A program made the translations under genes and the position numbers. A model generated the notes under the pieces. The model ran no database searches, was not told where the DNA came from, and saw only the letters and a list, made by a program, of their open reading frames with translations. A stretch of 64,000 bases of DNA from a bacterium (GTDB lineage: Archaea; Thermoplasmatota; E2; JACPAO01; JAHFTW01), in NCBI GenBank assembly GCA_040390065.1, contig JAZJZE010000006.1, positions 45,344 to 109,343 of the forward strand, written 5' to 3'. Below are positions 28,485 to 37,317 of this stretch, piece after piece (positions within the stretch are counted from its first letter, which is position 1; every line of letters starts with the position of its first letter).

Positions 28485-29731
28485 TGGACGTCTGGGCCGT
28501 GTCCGGTTGGACCGCGTTGGGCGCGCTTGCTGGAGCGACGGGCTTGCTCCCGGGCTTCCACGTCAACACCTTGGTCGCGCTCGCTTTGGCGGCCGCTTGG
28601 ACCGGGACCGGCCCCGCCCTCGCCTTCGTGGCGGCAGCCGCGTCCCATGCCGTCTTTGCGGTCCTGCCCGCGACGTACGTCGGCGTCCCGGGCGATGACA
28701 CGGCCATCGCCGTCCTTCCCGCCCAGCGCCTGGCACGCGACGGCCGCGGCCGCGAAGCGGTCCGCATCGGTACGGACGCCGTGTTGTTGGCGACGGTATT
28801 GGCCATCGTCGTGCTCCTGCCGGCCAAGTGGCTGCTTGCCGAGCCCGTGGGTTTAGCAGGCCGCATCGCAGGTGCCCTTCCCTGGATCTTGGCCGCCAGT
28901 CTGCTCGTGCTGCTATTGGGCGAACGCCGCAAGGGCTGGCCCCGCGTCGCCTGGGCTGCCGGCGTGCAACTCGCCGCGGGCTGCGTTGGACTTCTCGCAA
29001 GCGGCATGCACATGGGTGGACTCATTGCCATGCCGTCGCCACAACTTCTGCCTCTCTTTGCCGGCCTCTTCGGCGCAGCGGGCCTCGCAGCCAGTCTCGC
29101 GTCCGCGCGCCCCATCCCGACGGCGGTCGTCGAGACCAACCCGACGGTGAGCCGTCGCCTCACGGCGGCCGGAGTGCGCGGCGTCGCAGCCGGTCTGTGC
29201 ACGGTCGCCGTCCCCGGCCTGACCCCGGCCGTCGCAGCCAGCATTGCCTACGGACGGCAACGCGACGACCCGAGGCCGGCGCTCGCAGCCCTCACGGCGA
29301 CGGCCACGGCGCATCAGACCCTCGCCGTCGGCCTCTTGTTCGTCACCCTCCATGCACGCACGGGACTGGCGGCCGGCGTCGCCGGGCCCAGCGGCGTCGA
29401 CCCATGGACGGTCGGTCGACCACCGCCGCAGCTGCTCGACCTCCTCGTGGCCGCATTGCTGGCCACCCTCCTCGCATGGTGGGTCGTGCGGCGCATCGAA
29501 CGAGCCGTCCGCCGCGGTCTGGCATGGTTGCCCCATCGCCTGCCGGAATGGCTGGCGCTTGCGTTCCTCGTCGCGCTCGTCATCACGCTGAGCGGCGCAT
29601 CGGGCCTCGCGCTCTTCGCCACCTCGGCAACCATCGGCCTTCTGCCAATCGTCCTCGGGACACGCCGCGTGCACCTCGTGGCGTGCGTCGCGCTGCCCCT
29701 TCTGGCATCGCAACTCGGGCTTACGCCTTGA
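28484..29731 (+). CDS. Archaeal TctA/DUF112-family membrane protein
   Basis: GLLPGFHVNT, PATYVGVP and VLPAQRLARDGRG motifs. Confidence 0.85.
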   Translation: MDVWAVSGWTALGALAGATGLLPGFHVNTLVALALAAAWTGTGPALAFVAAAASHAVFAVLPATYVGVPGDDTAIAVLPAQRLARDGRGREAVRIGTDAVLLATVLAIVVLLPAKWLLAEPVGLAGRIAGALPWILAASLLVLLLGERRKGWPRVAWAAGVQLAAGCVGLLASGMHMGGLIAMPSPQLLPLFAGLFGAAGLAASLASARPIPTAVVETNPTVSRRLTAAGVRGVAAGLCTVAVPGLTPAVAASIAYGRQRDDPRPALAALTATATAHQTLAVGLLFVTLHARTGLAAGVAGPSGVDPWTVGRPPPQLLDLLVAALLATLLAWWVVRRIERAVRRGLAWLPHRLPEWLALAFLVALVITLSGASGLALFATSATIGLLPIVLGTRRVHLVACVALPLLASQLGLTP

Positions 29732-30179
29732 TGCCCGCCGCCTCGCCCACGTCAAGGCCAGCCTCGGCGGCAAGCCACAGAAGCGCCGCCCAAGCCGTGA
29801 GCAAGCCGCCCATGCGCGCCTGGCGTTCGGCGACGGCCGCAAGAACCGCGGGTCGTCCCGCGTTGGTCCGTTGCGCGACTTTGTCAAGCCACGTCGCAAA
29901 GGGGTCCGCTGCGGCGGTCGGCGCCTCGGCGGGGGCGGCTGCTGCCGGGCGAAAACCCCGCGGCGCGTCGACGGAATCCGCAGGGAATGCCAAACGCAAG
30001 GCCTCGCCGTCAACGCGAAGCACGCCAGCCGCGGTGGCTCGCGTGACGAAGGTGCGCGCCTCCCCCGGCGCCATCCAGCCCAGGCCGAGGGACAGGTGGT
30101 GAGCCCAATCCGCCGCCGGCATCGCGGCGCGGCCGCTGCGCCGCGCCACGAAGGCCAAGGCGGTCTCGACGTCTCCCAC
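29721..30179 (-). CDS. DUF2240-family archaeal protein
   Basis: LSLGLGWMAPGEARTFV..A..AGVL and PRGFRP motifs. Confidence 0.75.
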   Translation of the reverse strand: MGDVETALAFVARRSGRAAMPAADWAHHLSLGLGWMAPGEARTFVTRATAAGVLRVDGEALRLAFPADSVDAPRGFRPAAAAPAEAPTAAADPFATWLDKVAQRTNAGRPAVLAAVAERQARMGGLLTAWAALLWLAAEAGLDVGEAAGIKA

Positions 30180-30230
30180 AACCAGTTCGACCAGGCGCGC
30201 CTATGTAAGCGCCGTGGGCATCGAAGGGGC

Positions 30231-30291
30231 GCCGCGATGATGATGACTCCCGCGACTGAACCGTGACGAGAAGACGGGCGGGCTGAGCGGC
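30231..30291 (+). ncRNA. Box C/D guide sRNA, predicted to direct 2'-O-methylation of 16S rRNA C1402 (E. coli numbering)
   Basis: GCCGC/GCGGC terminal stem; box C ATGATGA 30237-43, D' CTGA 30256-59, C' GTGACGA 30263-69, D CTGA 30283-86; D-guide GACGGGCGG is complementary to the universal CCGCCCGUC. Confidence 0.85.
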
Positions 30292-30321
30292 ACGACCTGC
30301 AAACAGGTCGATCATTTGTGC

Positions 30322-30412
30322 GTGGGGCCTCGCCGTGCTCGGCCCCACAGAACCGCGGGGGGCGCTGCCCCCCGCCCCTAGCCCCCCGCGCGGGGGCGCT
30401 CCCGCCCCCGCG
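30322..30412. repeat. Cluster of three GC-rich hairpins (REP-like)
   Basis: gtggggcc/ggccccac; gcggggggc-gct-gccccccgc; cgcgggggcg-ctcc-cgcccccgcg. Confidence 0.55.
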
Positions 30413-30549
30413 ACCCCCTGAGAGCTCGCGCCCCCCGGGCGCTCGCGCGGACGCACGCATCGCCAGGCATGTCCCCGAGGAGGGCAACCGCTTCTGCCTT
30501 CACGGAACCGACAACAACCCTTATCGCCGCGGCTGGCCGACGCGGAGGC

Positions 30550-31089
30550 ATGCGCATGATCATGGCCATGGGGGCGGCGTTTGCAATGATGCTTGCCGGA
30601 TGCAGCGGCGGCAACAACGACACCGGCACCTCCGGAGGCGACGGCTCGGGCTGCGCCGGCACCGAGTGCACGAGCGGCGGCCCGACCGACCCGGGACCGG
30701 GCGGCGGGTCGGCAGCATCTGCGGGCCCGCATTGGAGCCAGCAGAACGTCACGCACCAATTCACTGCGACGGCGGCCGGGTCGTCGGGCGCCCTCGGCTC
30801 CCTCGTCACCTTCACGCTTCCTGAGAACACGACGGCGGTCTGGTTCAATGTCACCATCACCGCTAGCGTGCCGGGCGGCACCCCAGCCACGGAGTTCGTG
30901 TGCGACTTCCAGGACTCGGACCACTTCACGCCCACCGCCGAAACCCAAGCCACGTTCACGACGTCCAACGACGCGGGCCAAGTCAAGGTGTCCAAGCCGA
31001 TGCAGGGGGACTGGCGCATCGCGATTACCTCCACCGGCGCGCCGAATCAGGGAACCTTCGTCCTCAACGTCAACAGCCTGGTGCCGTAG
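30550..31089 (+). CDS. Putative lipoprotein
   Basis: LAGC lipobox, Gly/Ser/Thr linker and beta-rich domain; ggagg before the ATG. Confidence 0.75.
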   Translation: MRMIMAMGAAFAMMLAGCSGGNNDTGTSGGDGSGCAGTECTSGGPTDPGPGGGSAASAGPHWSQQNVTHQFTATAAGSSGALGSLVTFTLPENTTAVWFNVTITASVPGGTPATEFVCDFQDSDHFTPTAETQATFTTSNDAGQVKVSKPMQGDWRIAITSTGAPNQGTFVLNVNSLVP

Positions 31090-31150
31090 AGAAACGACGC
31101 AACCTGCCACCGGCGTCCTCTTATATCGCGGGTTTTTGGGCCGACCCAAC

Positions 31151-31221
31151 GCGCCCGTAGTCTAGTGGTAGGACTTTACCTTGCCAAGGTAAAAGCGTGG
31201 GTTCAAATCCCGCCGGGCGCA
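31151..31221 (+). tRNA. tRNA-Gly(GCC)
   Basis: Acceptor stem GCGCCCG/CGGGCGC; anticodon arm TTACC-TTGCCAA-GGTAA; T-loop TTCAAAT; CCA not encoded; ttatat at 31121. Confidence 0.96.
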
Positions 31222-31509
31222 CTGAAGCGAGCCGAGGCGGGCCCGCGGCCGTGCCCATGGCTGCTGAGGTTGCGGACGGCGGGATTTGCCGAGCGCCCCG
31301 CCGAAGCGGCGCGATGGGAACGGCCCGGCCGAACTCGTTCGGCCGGGCCGCCAAATCCCGCCGGGCGCACTGGACAAGGCGGCCGTGGCGCCGCTGCGCA
31401 CGGCCCGCCGTTGCGACTGGCGGGTTTGCCAAGCGCCATGCAAAGCGGCGCGATGGGAACGGGCCGGCCGAACTCGTTCGGCCGGGCCGCCAAATCCCGC
31501 CGGGCGCAC
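31204..31509 (+). repeat. Tandem tRNA-linked repeats (two extra copies of the tRNA 3' end)
   Basis: caaatcccgccgggcgcac at 31204, 31352 and 31491; each unit carries a ggccgaac-tc-gttcggcc palindrome. Confidence 0.85.
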
Positions 31510-31522
31510 CGAATCCACCCCG

Positions 31523-31912
31523 TCAGTGGAACGTCTTGGTCCGCTTGAGTTGGCCGTCCTTCCCATAGAACTTCCACAGGCCGATGCGCTTGCCGTGGTT
31601 CCAGAGGCCCTTGTCGCAAACGACGCCCGTGCCGCCGAAGCAGCGCGTCCAGATGCCATGCTGCTGGCCGTCCTTGAACGGACCCCACTGCCGCAGCGTG
31701 CCGTTCTCGGCGTTCCATTTCCACATTCCCTCGTATTGGCCTGCAACAAGCCGGCCCCACGCCTTCAAGTTCCCGTTGCGCAAATAGAATTTCCACGGGC
31801 CGTGGCGCTTGCCCGCGACGTAGCGGCCGACAGATTCGAGCTGGCCGTTTGCGAAGTAGGCCTTGACGAGGCCGGGGGGCTTGGCGCGTTCCCCTTTCGG
31901 TTTGCCCTGCAT
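31523..31912 (-). CDS. MORN-variant repeat protein (YwqK-like)
   Basis: Repeated GxxxGxWKFYxxNGxL units. Confidence 0.8.
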   Translation of the reverse strand: MQGKPKGERAKPPGLVKAYFANGQLESVGRYVAGKRHGPWKFYLRNGNLKAWGRLVAGQYEGMWKWNAENGTLRQWGPFKDGQQHGIWTRCFGGTGVVCDKGLWNHGKRIGLWKFYGKDGQLKRTKTFH

Positions 31913-31916
31913 GGCA

Positions 31917-33473
31917 TCACAGCGGGATGTTGCCGTGCTTGCGCTTCGGCCCGTCGCTTCTCTTGTTGACCAGCGTCTCGAGGGCGCGGATGAGCGCCGG
32001 CCGCGTCTCCTGCGGTTCGATGACGTCGTCGATGTAGCCCTTGCGCGCGGCGACGTAGGGGCTTGCGAACTTGGCGCGGTAGTCGGCGACGAGTTGGTCG
32101 CGTTTGCGCTTCAAGTCGGCGCCGTGCAGGCCCTTGAGTTCGTTGCGGAAGACGATGTTGACGGCGCCTTCGGGCCCCATCACGGCGATTTCTGCCGTCG
32201 GCCAGGCGACGTTGTAGTCTGCGCGGACGTGTTTGCTGCACATGACATCGTAGGCGCCGCCGTACGCCTTGCGCGTGATGACCGTGAGTTTCGGCACCGT
32301 CGCCTCCGCGTACGCGTACAGGAGTTTGGCGCCGTGGCGGATGATGCCGCCGAGTTCCTGCTGCACGCCGGGGAGGAAGCCGGGGACGTCGACGAAGGTG
32401 ACGAGCGGGATGTTGAAGGCGTCGCAGAAGCGGACGAAGCGCGCGGCCTTGACGGAGGCGTTGATGTCCAGGACGCCGGCGAGGTGGTTGGGCTGGTTTG
32501 CCACGATGCCGACGCTGTGGCCGTTGAGGCGCGCGAATCCGACCACGATGTTCTTGGCGAAGTCGGGTTGGATCTCGAGGAACTTGGCGTTGTCGACGAC
32601 GGCGCGCACGACGGCGGTGATGTCGTACGGTTTGTCGGGGGAATCAGGGACGAGTCGGGGCAGGTTCTCGTCCATGCGGTTGGGCGAGTCGTTGGCCTCG
32701 ACGAGTGGCGGTTCGGCGAGGTTGTTCGATGGCATGAACGACAAGAGTTCGCGAACACCGCGCAGGCATGCCTCTTCGTCCTCGAAGGAAAGGTGGGCGA
32801 CGCCGGACGTCGCCGCGTGGGTGTGCGCTCCGCCGAGTTCGTCGAAGGTGACCTCCTCGCCGGTCACGGTCTTGATGACTTCCGGGCCGGTGATGAACAT
32901 ATGGCTCGTGCCCTCGACCATGCAGACAAAATCCGTGATGGCCGGCGAGTAGACTGCGCCGCCGGCGCAAGGGCCGAGGATGGCGCTGATCTGCGGCACG
33001 ACGCCCGAGGCTCGCGTATTGCGCCAGAAGATCTCCGCGTAGCCTCCGAGGGCCACGACGCCTTCCTGGATGCGGGCGCCGCCGGAATCGTTCAGGCCGA
33101 CGACGGGTGCGCCGTTCTGCACGGCGAGGTCCATGACCTTGCAGATCTTCTCGGCGTACACGCCGCCGAGGCTGCCGCCAAGGACCGTGAAGTCCTGCGA
33201 GAAGACGTAGACGACGCGGCCCTCGACCGTTCCCCAGCCAGTCACGACGCCGTCGCCGAGGAAGAGCTTCTTGTCCATGCCGAAGTCGTGGCTGTCGTGC
33301 TCGCGCAAGGCGTCGAGTTCGACGAAGGAGCCTGGGTCGAGGAGGATCTCGAGCCTTTCGCGGGCCGTGTACTTGCCCGCTTGGTGCTGCTTCTCGACGC
33401 GCTCGGCGCCGCCGCCGGCCAGGGACTCCGCCTTGCGGGTGCGAAGCTGGGCGACCTTCTCTTCGACGCTCAA
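31917..33473 (-). CDS. pccB: Acyl-CoA (propionyl/methylmalonyl-CoA) carboxyltransferase beta subunit
   Basis: [41 protein letters not shown] and KHGNIPL motifs. Confidence 0.95.
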   Translation of the reverse strand: MSVEEKVAQLRTRKAESLAGGGAERVEKQHQAGKYTARERLEILLDPGSFVELDALREHDSHDFGMDKKLFLGDGVVTGWGTVEGRVVYVFSQDFTVLGGSLGGVYAEKICKVMDLAVQNGAPVVGLNDSGGARIQEGVVALGGYAEIFWRNTRASGVVPQISAILGPCAGGAVYSPAITDFVCMVEGTSHMFITGPEVIKTVTGEEVTFDELGGAHTHAATSGVAHLSFEDEEACLRGVRELLSFMPSNNLAEPPLVEANDSPNRMDENLPRLVPDSPDKPYDITAVVRAVVDNAKFLEIQPDFAKNIVVGFARLNGHSVGIVANQPNHLAGVLDINASVKAARFVRFCDAFNIPLVTFVDVPGFLPGVQQELGGIIRHGAKLLYAYAEATVPKLTVITRKAYGGAYDVMCSKHVRADYNVAWPTAEIAVMGPEGAVNIVFRNELKGLHGADLKRKRDQLVADYRAKFASPYVAARKGYIDDVIEPQETRPALIRALETLVNKRSDGPKRKHGNIPL

Positions 33474-33506
33474 GGCGAAGTGCCCAGTGGTGGGGACTAG
33501 GAGTAG

Positions 33507-34421
33507 TTAACGGCCGCCGCCCCGTTGCACGAGGTGGAGGAGAACCAGACCGCATGCCGTTGCGTATAGGCCGAGACTTGCCGCCCGAGCCATGCGTCGG
33601 CCCGTGGAGACTTGCACGTGTGCAACGACTGCCAGCAGCCCCACGACGATGGCGACGCCGACGGCCGCGATCGTGCCCGACCACAGGCTCGCGACCCCGA
33701 GGCACAGGGCGGCCTCCAGGCCCCACGCGTACAACTCGGCGCCGGACGTTCCGAAGCGCACGGCCAAGGTGCGTTTTCCCGCGGCCCCATCGGACTCCCG
33801 GGACGCAAGGTTATGGTGTACGAGCACGACCACGGCGGCCAGGCCCACCAGAATTCCTGGGAGCACCGCGGAGCCAGGAATCCATCCATCGCCCAGAGCG
33901 GCCGTTGCCCAGAGGGGGATCGGTCCGAACCCGAAGAACGTCACGAGCTCGCCCCATCCACGATGGCTGAGCCGCAGCGGCGGGCCATGGTAGACGTAGA
34001 GCAGAACGACGCCGACGGTCGACAGCAGAGGCACGGTCCACGACGGGTGCCGCAGCCAGGGGAAGAGTCCGCAGGCGGCGGCGAGTGCCACGAGGATGGC
34101 CGCGGCGGCGAGGAGGGAGTTCGGAGCCGCAAGCCGTGCCATGCTGTGGCGCTTCACGCGGTCCGCGCGCGTGGCCGCGTCGAAGGCGTCGTTGGCGACG
34201 TTCGTGGCCCCATGCAGAAGGAGGAAGCCCAAGATGGGGAAAAACCAAAGCGAAAGGGGAAAGGGGGAAGCGGTGGAGAGAGTCGACGCCGCGCCAACCA
34301 GGGGCGGCAACAGGCCAACGACGTAGATGGGCGGGTCGATGGCGCGCAGCCAGCGGCGCCACGACGGCGTTTCAACGGATGAAACCGATATTCGCGTTGA
34401 CATCGGTGGCATCGGTTCCAT
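33507..34421 (-). CDS. menA: UbiA-family prenyltransferase, MenA-like (start uncertain)
   Basis: NVANDAFD..AD, YHGPPLRLSHRGWGE and SDGAAGKRTLAVRFG motifs. Confidence 0.8.
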   Translation of the reverse strand: MEPMPPMSTRISVSSVETPSWRRWLRAIDPPIYVVGLLPPLVGAASTLSTASPFPLSLWFFPILGFLLLHGATNVANDAFDAATRADRVKRHSMARLAAPNSLLAAAAILVALAAACGLFPWLRHPSWTVPLLSTVGVVLLYVYHGPPLRLSHRGWGELVTFFGFGPIPLWATAALGDGWIPGSAVLPGILVGLAAVVVLVHHNLASRESDGAAGKRTLAVRFGTSGAELYAWGLEAALCLGVASLWSGTIAAVGVAIVVGLLAVVAHVQVSTGRRMARAASLGLYATACGLVLLHLVQRGGGR

Positions 34422-34444
34422 CTGTTGACCCGCGGGCGGGGGCC

Positions 34445-35056
34445 CTAAGCCACCATCGGGTCTTCGAGCTTCAGCTTCGCCAAGGCCTCGGAGTACCACT
34501 TGGCGTGCTGGGCCTCACTGGCCTGGACGCACTCGTACATGGCGGCCAAGCGGACCTGGCCGGCGGCGTGGGCCGCGCGCGCGAACTCGGGGTACGTCTT
34601 GGTCGACTCGATGTTCTCGACCGAGATGGCCACATGCAGCATGCGCTCGGCGACCTGGCGGCGCAGCGCGGGCTCGTTGTGTACGCGGCGCGACACGGCG
34701 GCGACGAGTTCTTCCTGCTCGGCAATCTGGGCGCGGATCTGCTTCGCGGCCTCGGACGGCGGCGCGTCGGCGGCGAAGGCCTTCGCCGTCAGTTCGGGGT
34801 CGGCTTCGCGCATCCAGATGGCGTGCAGTTTCTCCTCGCCGGCGACCTTCGCAAACAGGTTCGCAAGGTCTTCGTAGCCCGCGGCGCGCGCGACCTTCGA
34901 GAATCCGGTGTAGAGCGAGTCGTTCTCGTACTCCTCGACCTCGACGCCGGCGCGGAAGTTGTCGGCGATGGTGATGCCGACCTCGGCCTCGCGGAAGAAG
35001 CGTTCAATGGCATCCAGTTGTGCGTCCCCGGTGGGGACAAAGTCATCGTTGCTCAT
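34445..35056 (-). CDS. Rubrerythrin/ferritin-like diiron protein without a rubredoxin domain
   Basis: Two E..E...Y..F...ExxH halves (EKLH, EAQH). Confidence 0.85.
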   Translation of the reverse strand: MSNDDFVPTGDAQLDAIERFFREAEVGITIADNFRAGVEVEEYENDSLYTGFSKVARAAGYEDLANLFAKVAGEEKLHAIWMREADPELTAKAFAADAPPSEAAKQIRAQIAEQEELVAAVSRRVHNEPALRRQVAERMLHVAISVENIESTKTYPEFARAAHAAGQVRLAAMYECVQASEAQHAKWYSEALAKLKLEDPMVA

Positions 35057-35134
35057 GGAGGGTGGCTCCATCCTCCTCTCATCGCCCCCCGAGTATAAGG
35101 AAGGCCGAAGGAAACAACTTGCGCGAAGTTGCAA

Positions 35135-35806
35135 TCACGCCTTCCGCATGGTCAGGAGGAACATGCCGGTCCAGGCGCCGTGGCGCAGCTCGACCGGCTC
35201 GAACCCGGCGCCGGCCGCGATTGCGGCGAGGCTGGTGGGCGTCGGGAACGTCTTGAGGCTGCGGCTGAGGTACGCGTACGCCTTTCTCCGGCCCGTGGCA
35301 AGGCCGCCAAGAATCGGCACGACGCCGTGGAAGTAGGCCTTGAAAAAACCGCGGCGCAGGCGGCCGGACGGATACGCGATCTCCAGGATGACGAGGCGCC
35401 CCCCAGGTTTCAGCACGCGGGCCGCGCAGGCGAAGAAGGCCGGCAGGTCGGCCAGGTTGCGCAGCAGGAATCCCGTCACGACGCCATCGGCGCACGCGGC
35501 AACGAGCGGAAGGTCTTCGGCGTCGCCGGCCGCGGCGTCGATCCCCGCGGGCATGTGGCCGGCGCGCAGCATGGGCAGACTCGCGTCGATGGCAATGGCC
35601 AGCGCTCCCGGTTCCGCGGCGACGATGCGTTTGGCCAAATCCCCGGTCCCGGCGCCCACGTCGACGTAGACGCCGCCCGCGTGCACGGACAGCATGCCCA
35701 CGGCCCGGCGTTTCCAACGCAAGTCCTGGCCAAGGCTTACGACGCGATTGCCGCGGTCGTACGTGAGGGCGAGCTGGTCGAAGATGTCTCCGGCCGGCCC
35801 ATGCAT
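35135..35806 (-). CDS. menG: Demethylmenaquinone methyltransferase (UbiE/MenG)
   Basis: YDRGNRVVSLGQDLRWK, DVGAGTGD, GDAEDLP, LRN, RVLKPGG and AYAYL motifs. Confidence 0.9.
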   Translation of the reverse strand: MHGPAGDIFDQLALTYDRGNRVVSLGQDLRWKRRAVGMLSVHAGGVYVDVGAGTGDLAKRIVAAEPGALAIAIDASLPMLRAGHMPAGIDAAAGDAEDLPLVAACADGVVTGFLLRNLADLPAFFACAARVLKPGGRLVILEIAYPSGRLRRGFFKAYFHGVVPILGGLATGRRKAYAYLSRSLKTFPTPTSLAAIAAGAGFEPVELRHGAWTGMFLLTMRKA

Positions 35807-35964
35807 GCGGCGCCGCAGCCGCGCCGCCCTGAAAGAGCCGCGCCCCCCAGGACGGCCCGCCGCGACCGCCTTTTCCGGTCGGGCCCAATCTATCCAACGC
35901 GAGATTCAAAACGGAGGGGCCCATGCGACGCGGTCCATCCTCGATGGATGGGCAGTTGAGAACC

Positions 35965-36540
35965 ATGCGCATGAAACCCCTGATTGCAACGTCGCTTCTG
36001 GCCCTCGCGGCCATGTCCATTGCACCCGCCCCGGCGGCGGCGGACGGCCCCCTAGCCTGTGCCCCACCCTTGACCTCTGCCTGCAATTTCATCAACACGT
36101 GCACACCGCCGCCGTCCGGCGTCGGCGGCGTGGTCGGCGAGACCATCACCTATGCGGGCGATGTCGCCTCCATCGTGTGCAACGGTGCCAAGCAGGAAGT
36201 CGCCCTCGGTGGCGGGGCCGTCCAGGCGGCCTGCGGTGCCACGACCCAGTACCTGACCGGCGGCGCCTGCACCATCCTCATCTGCAACGGCTGCACCCCC
36301 CCGTCCGAGGGCGGCGCCTCAGTCGGGAACTTCATCATCCTCAGCTGCGCCCCCGTGATCGGCGGCGGCCCCGGCATCGTCGGCATGACGGAGACCTACG
36401 TCGGCAACATGTACTCCATCGCCTGCTCCACGGGCGTCGGCACCGCCTTTGTCGCCCTGGACATGACGATTGCCATCTGCAACGCAACGGGCGACTACCT
36501 CATCGGCGACAACTGGAGTTGCACCATCAGCACGACGTAA
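35965..36540 (+). CDS. Secreted 12-Cys protein with an internal duplication
   Basis: Signal peptide ending AAA-D; two aligned repeats; pyrimidine tract after the stop. Confidence 0.75.
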   Translation: MRMKPLIATSLLALAAMSIAPAPAAADGPLACAPPLTSACNFINTCTPPPSGVGGVVGETITYAGDVASIVCNGAKQEVALGGGAVQAACGATTQYLTGGACTILICNGCTPPSEGGASVGNFIILSCAPVIGGGPGIVGMTETYVGNMYSIACSTGVGTAFVALDMTIAICNATGDYLIGDNWSCTISTT

Positions 36541-36673
36541 CCGTTCGAAACGCCCTTTCCCCCCTTCTTCCCGCGCCTGCACGCGCCGGCGCGCGCTCTT
36601 CCGGAGGCAGCCCGCGGCGCAGGATTCTCTTTATACCCCCTCCCTGTCGGCCGCATCAATCAGGTGAACGTCC

Positions 36674-36820
36674 ATGGCCTTCGCTGAAGCCGTCTCCCGC
36701 CGCCTCAAGAAGAAGATCTGCATGCACTGCAACGTCACCAACGCCAACACGGCGATCCGGTGCCGCAAGTGCCACCGCACCGACCTGCGCGTGAAGGCAT
36801 TGGAACCCCGCGGCGCATAG
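36674..36820 (+). CDS. rpl40e: 50S ribosomal protein L40e (absent from the ORF track)
   Basis: MAFAEAVSRRLKKKICMHCNVTNANTAIRCRKCHRTDLRVK; aggtga SD; tttata at 36630. Confidence 0.93.
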   Translation: MAFAEAVSRRLKKKICMHCNVTNANTAIRCRKCHRTDLRVKALEPRGA

Positions 36821-36927
36821 TCCACTTTCCGGACGAAGGCCGCGGTTCGCGAATTCCTGCTTGTCGAAGACCTCCGACGGATTCGTCATACCTCCGACGG
36901 CGCGACGGCCACGACGGAATCCTGTTT

Positions 36928-37309
36928 GGCCAAGTGTGGGCGGCCTGGGATTTCGGGGAACCTGAGCGGCGATTGTTGGGATTGCAGCCCAGTCCCGAGA
37001 ATCGCCGTTGCATCCTCGCAACCCCAGGCCGCCGGGCCTCAATCACAAGCCCTTCGTGCCGCCGGCGGCCCTCGCACGCCGCCATCGCTGCGCTTGGCGG
37101 CTGCTTGCCAAGCCCTCGCTCGGCGGCGCCTTGCGCGCCTCGCTCGCCCCGGCCGGCGGCATCCATTCCCAAATCCACCTTGAGGTCTTGGTGGTGGCGG
37201 TCGACGTCGGCGCAGTGGAAGACCTGCCGTCGGACGTTGAGAAGCAGGTGGATGCCATTCCCCGAAATCCCAAGAATCCCTGGAATTCCAAGGCCTCCCA
37301 CACTTGGCC
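36928..37309. repeat. Imperfect inverted repeats bounding about 380 bp (MITE-like)
   Basis: ggccaagtgtgggcggcctgggattt.. versus the reverse complement ggccaagtgtgggaggccttggaatt.. Confidence 0.6.
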
Positions 37310-37317
37310 GCTCACGC

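Noticed and set aside
31204-31509. CRISPR array
   Set aside because: Only three copies, which are the tRNA 3' end; spacing about 140 nt with partly conserved spacers; no cas genes
31225-33473. Provirus or genomic island at tRNA-Gly
   Set aside because: No integrase or viral genes; no distant att copy seen in the window
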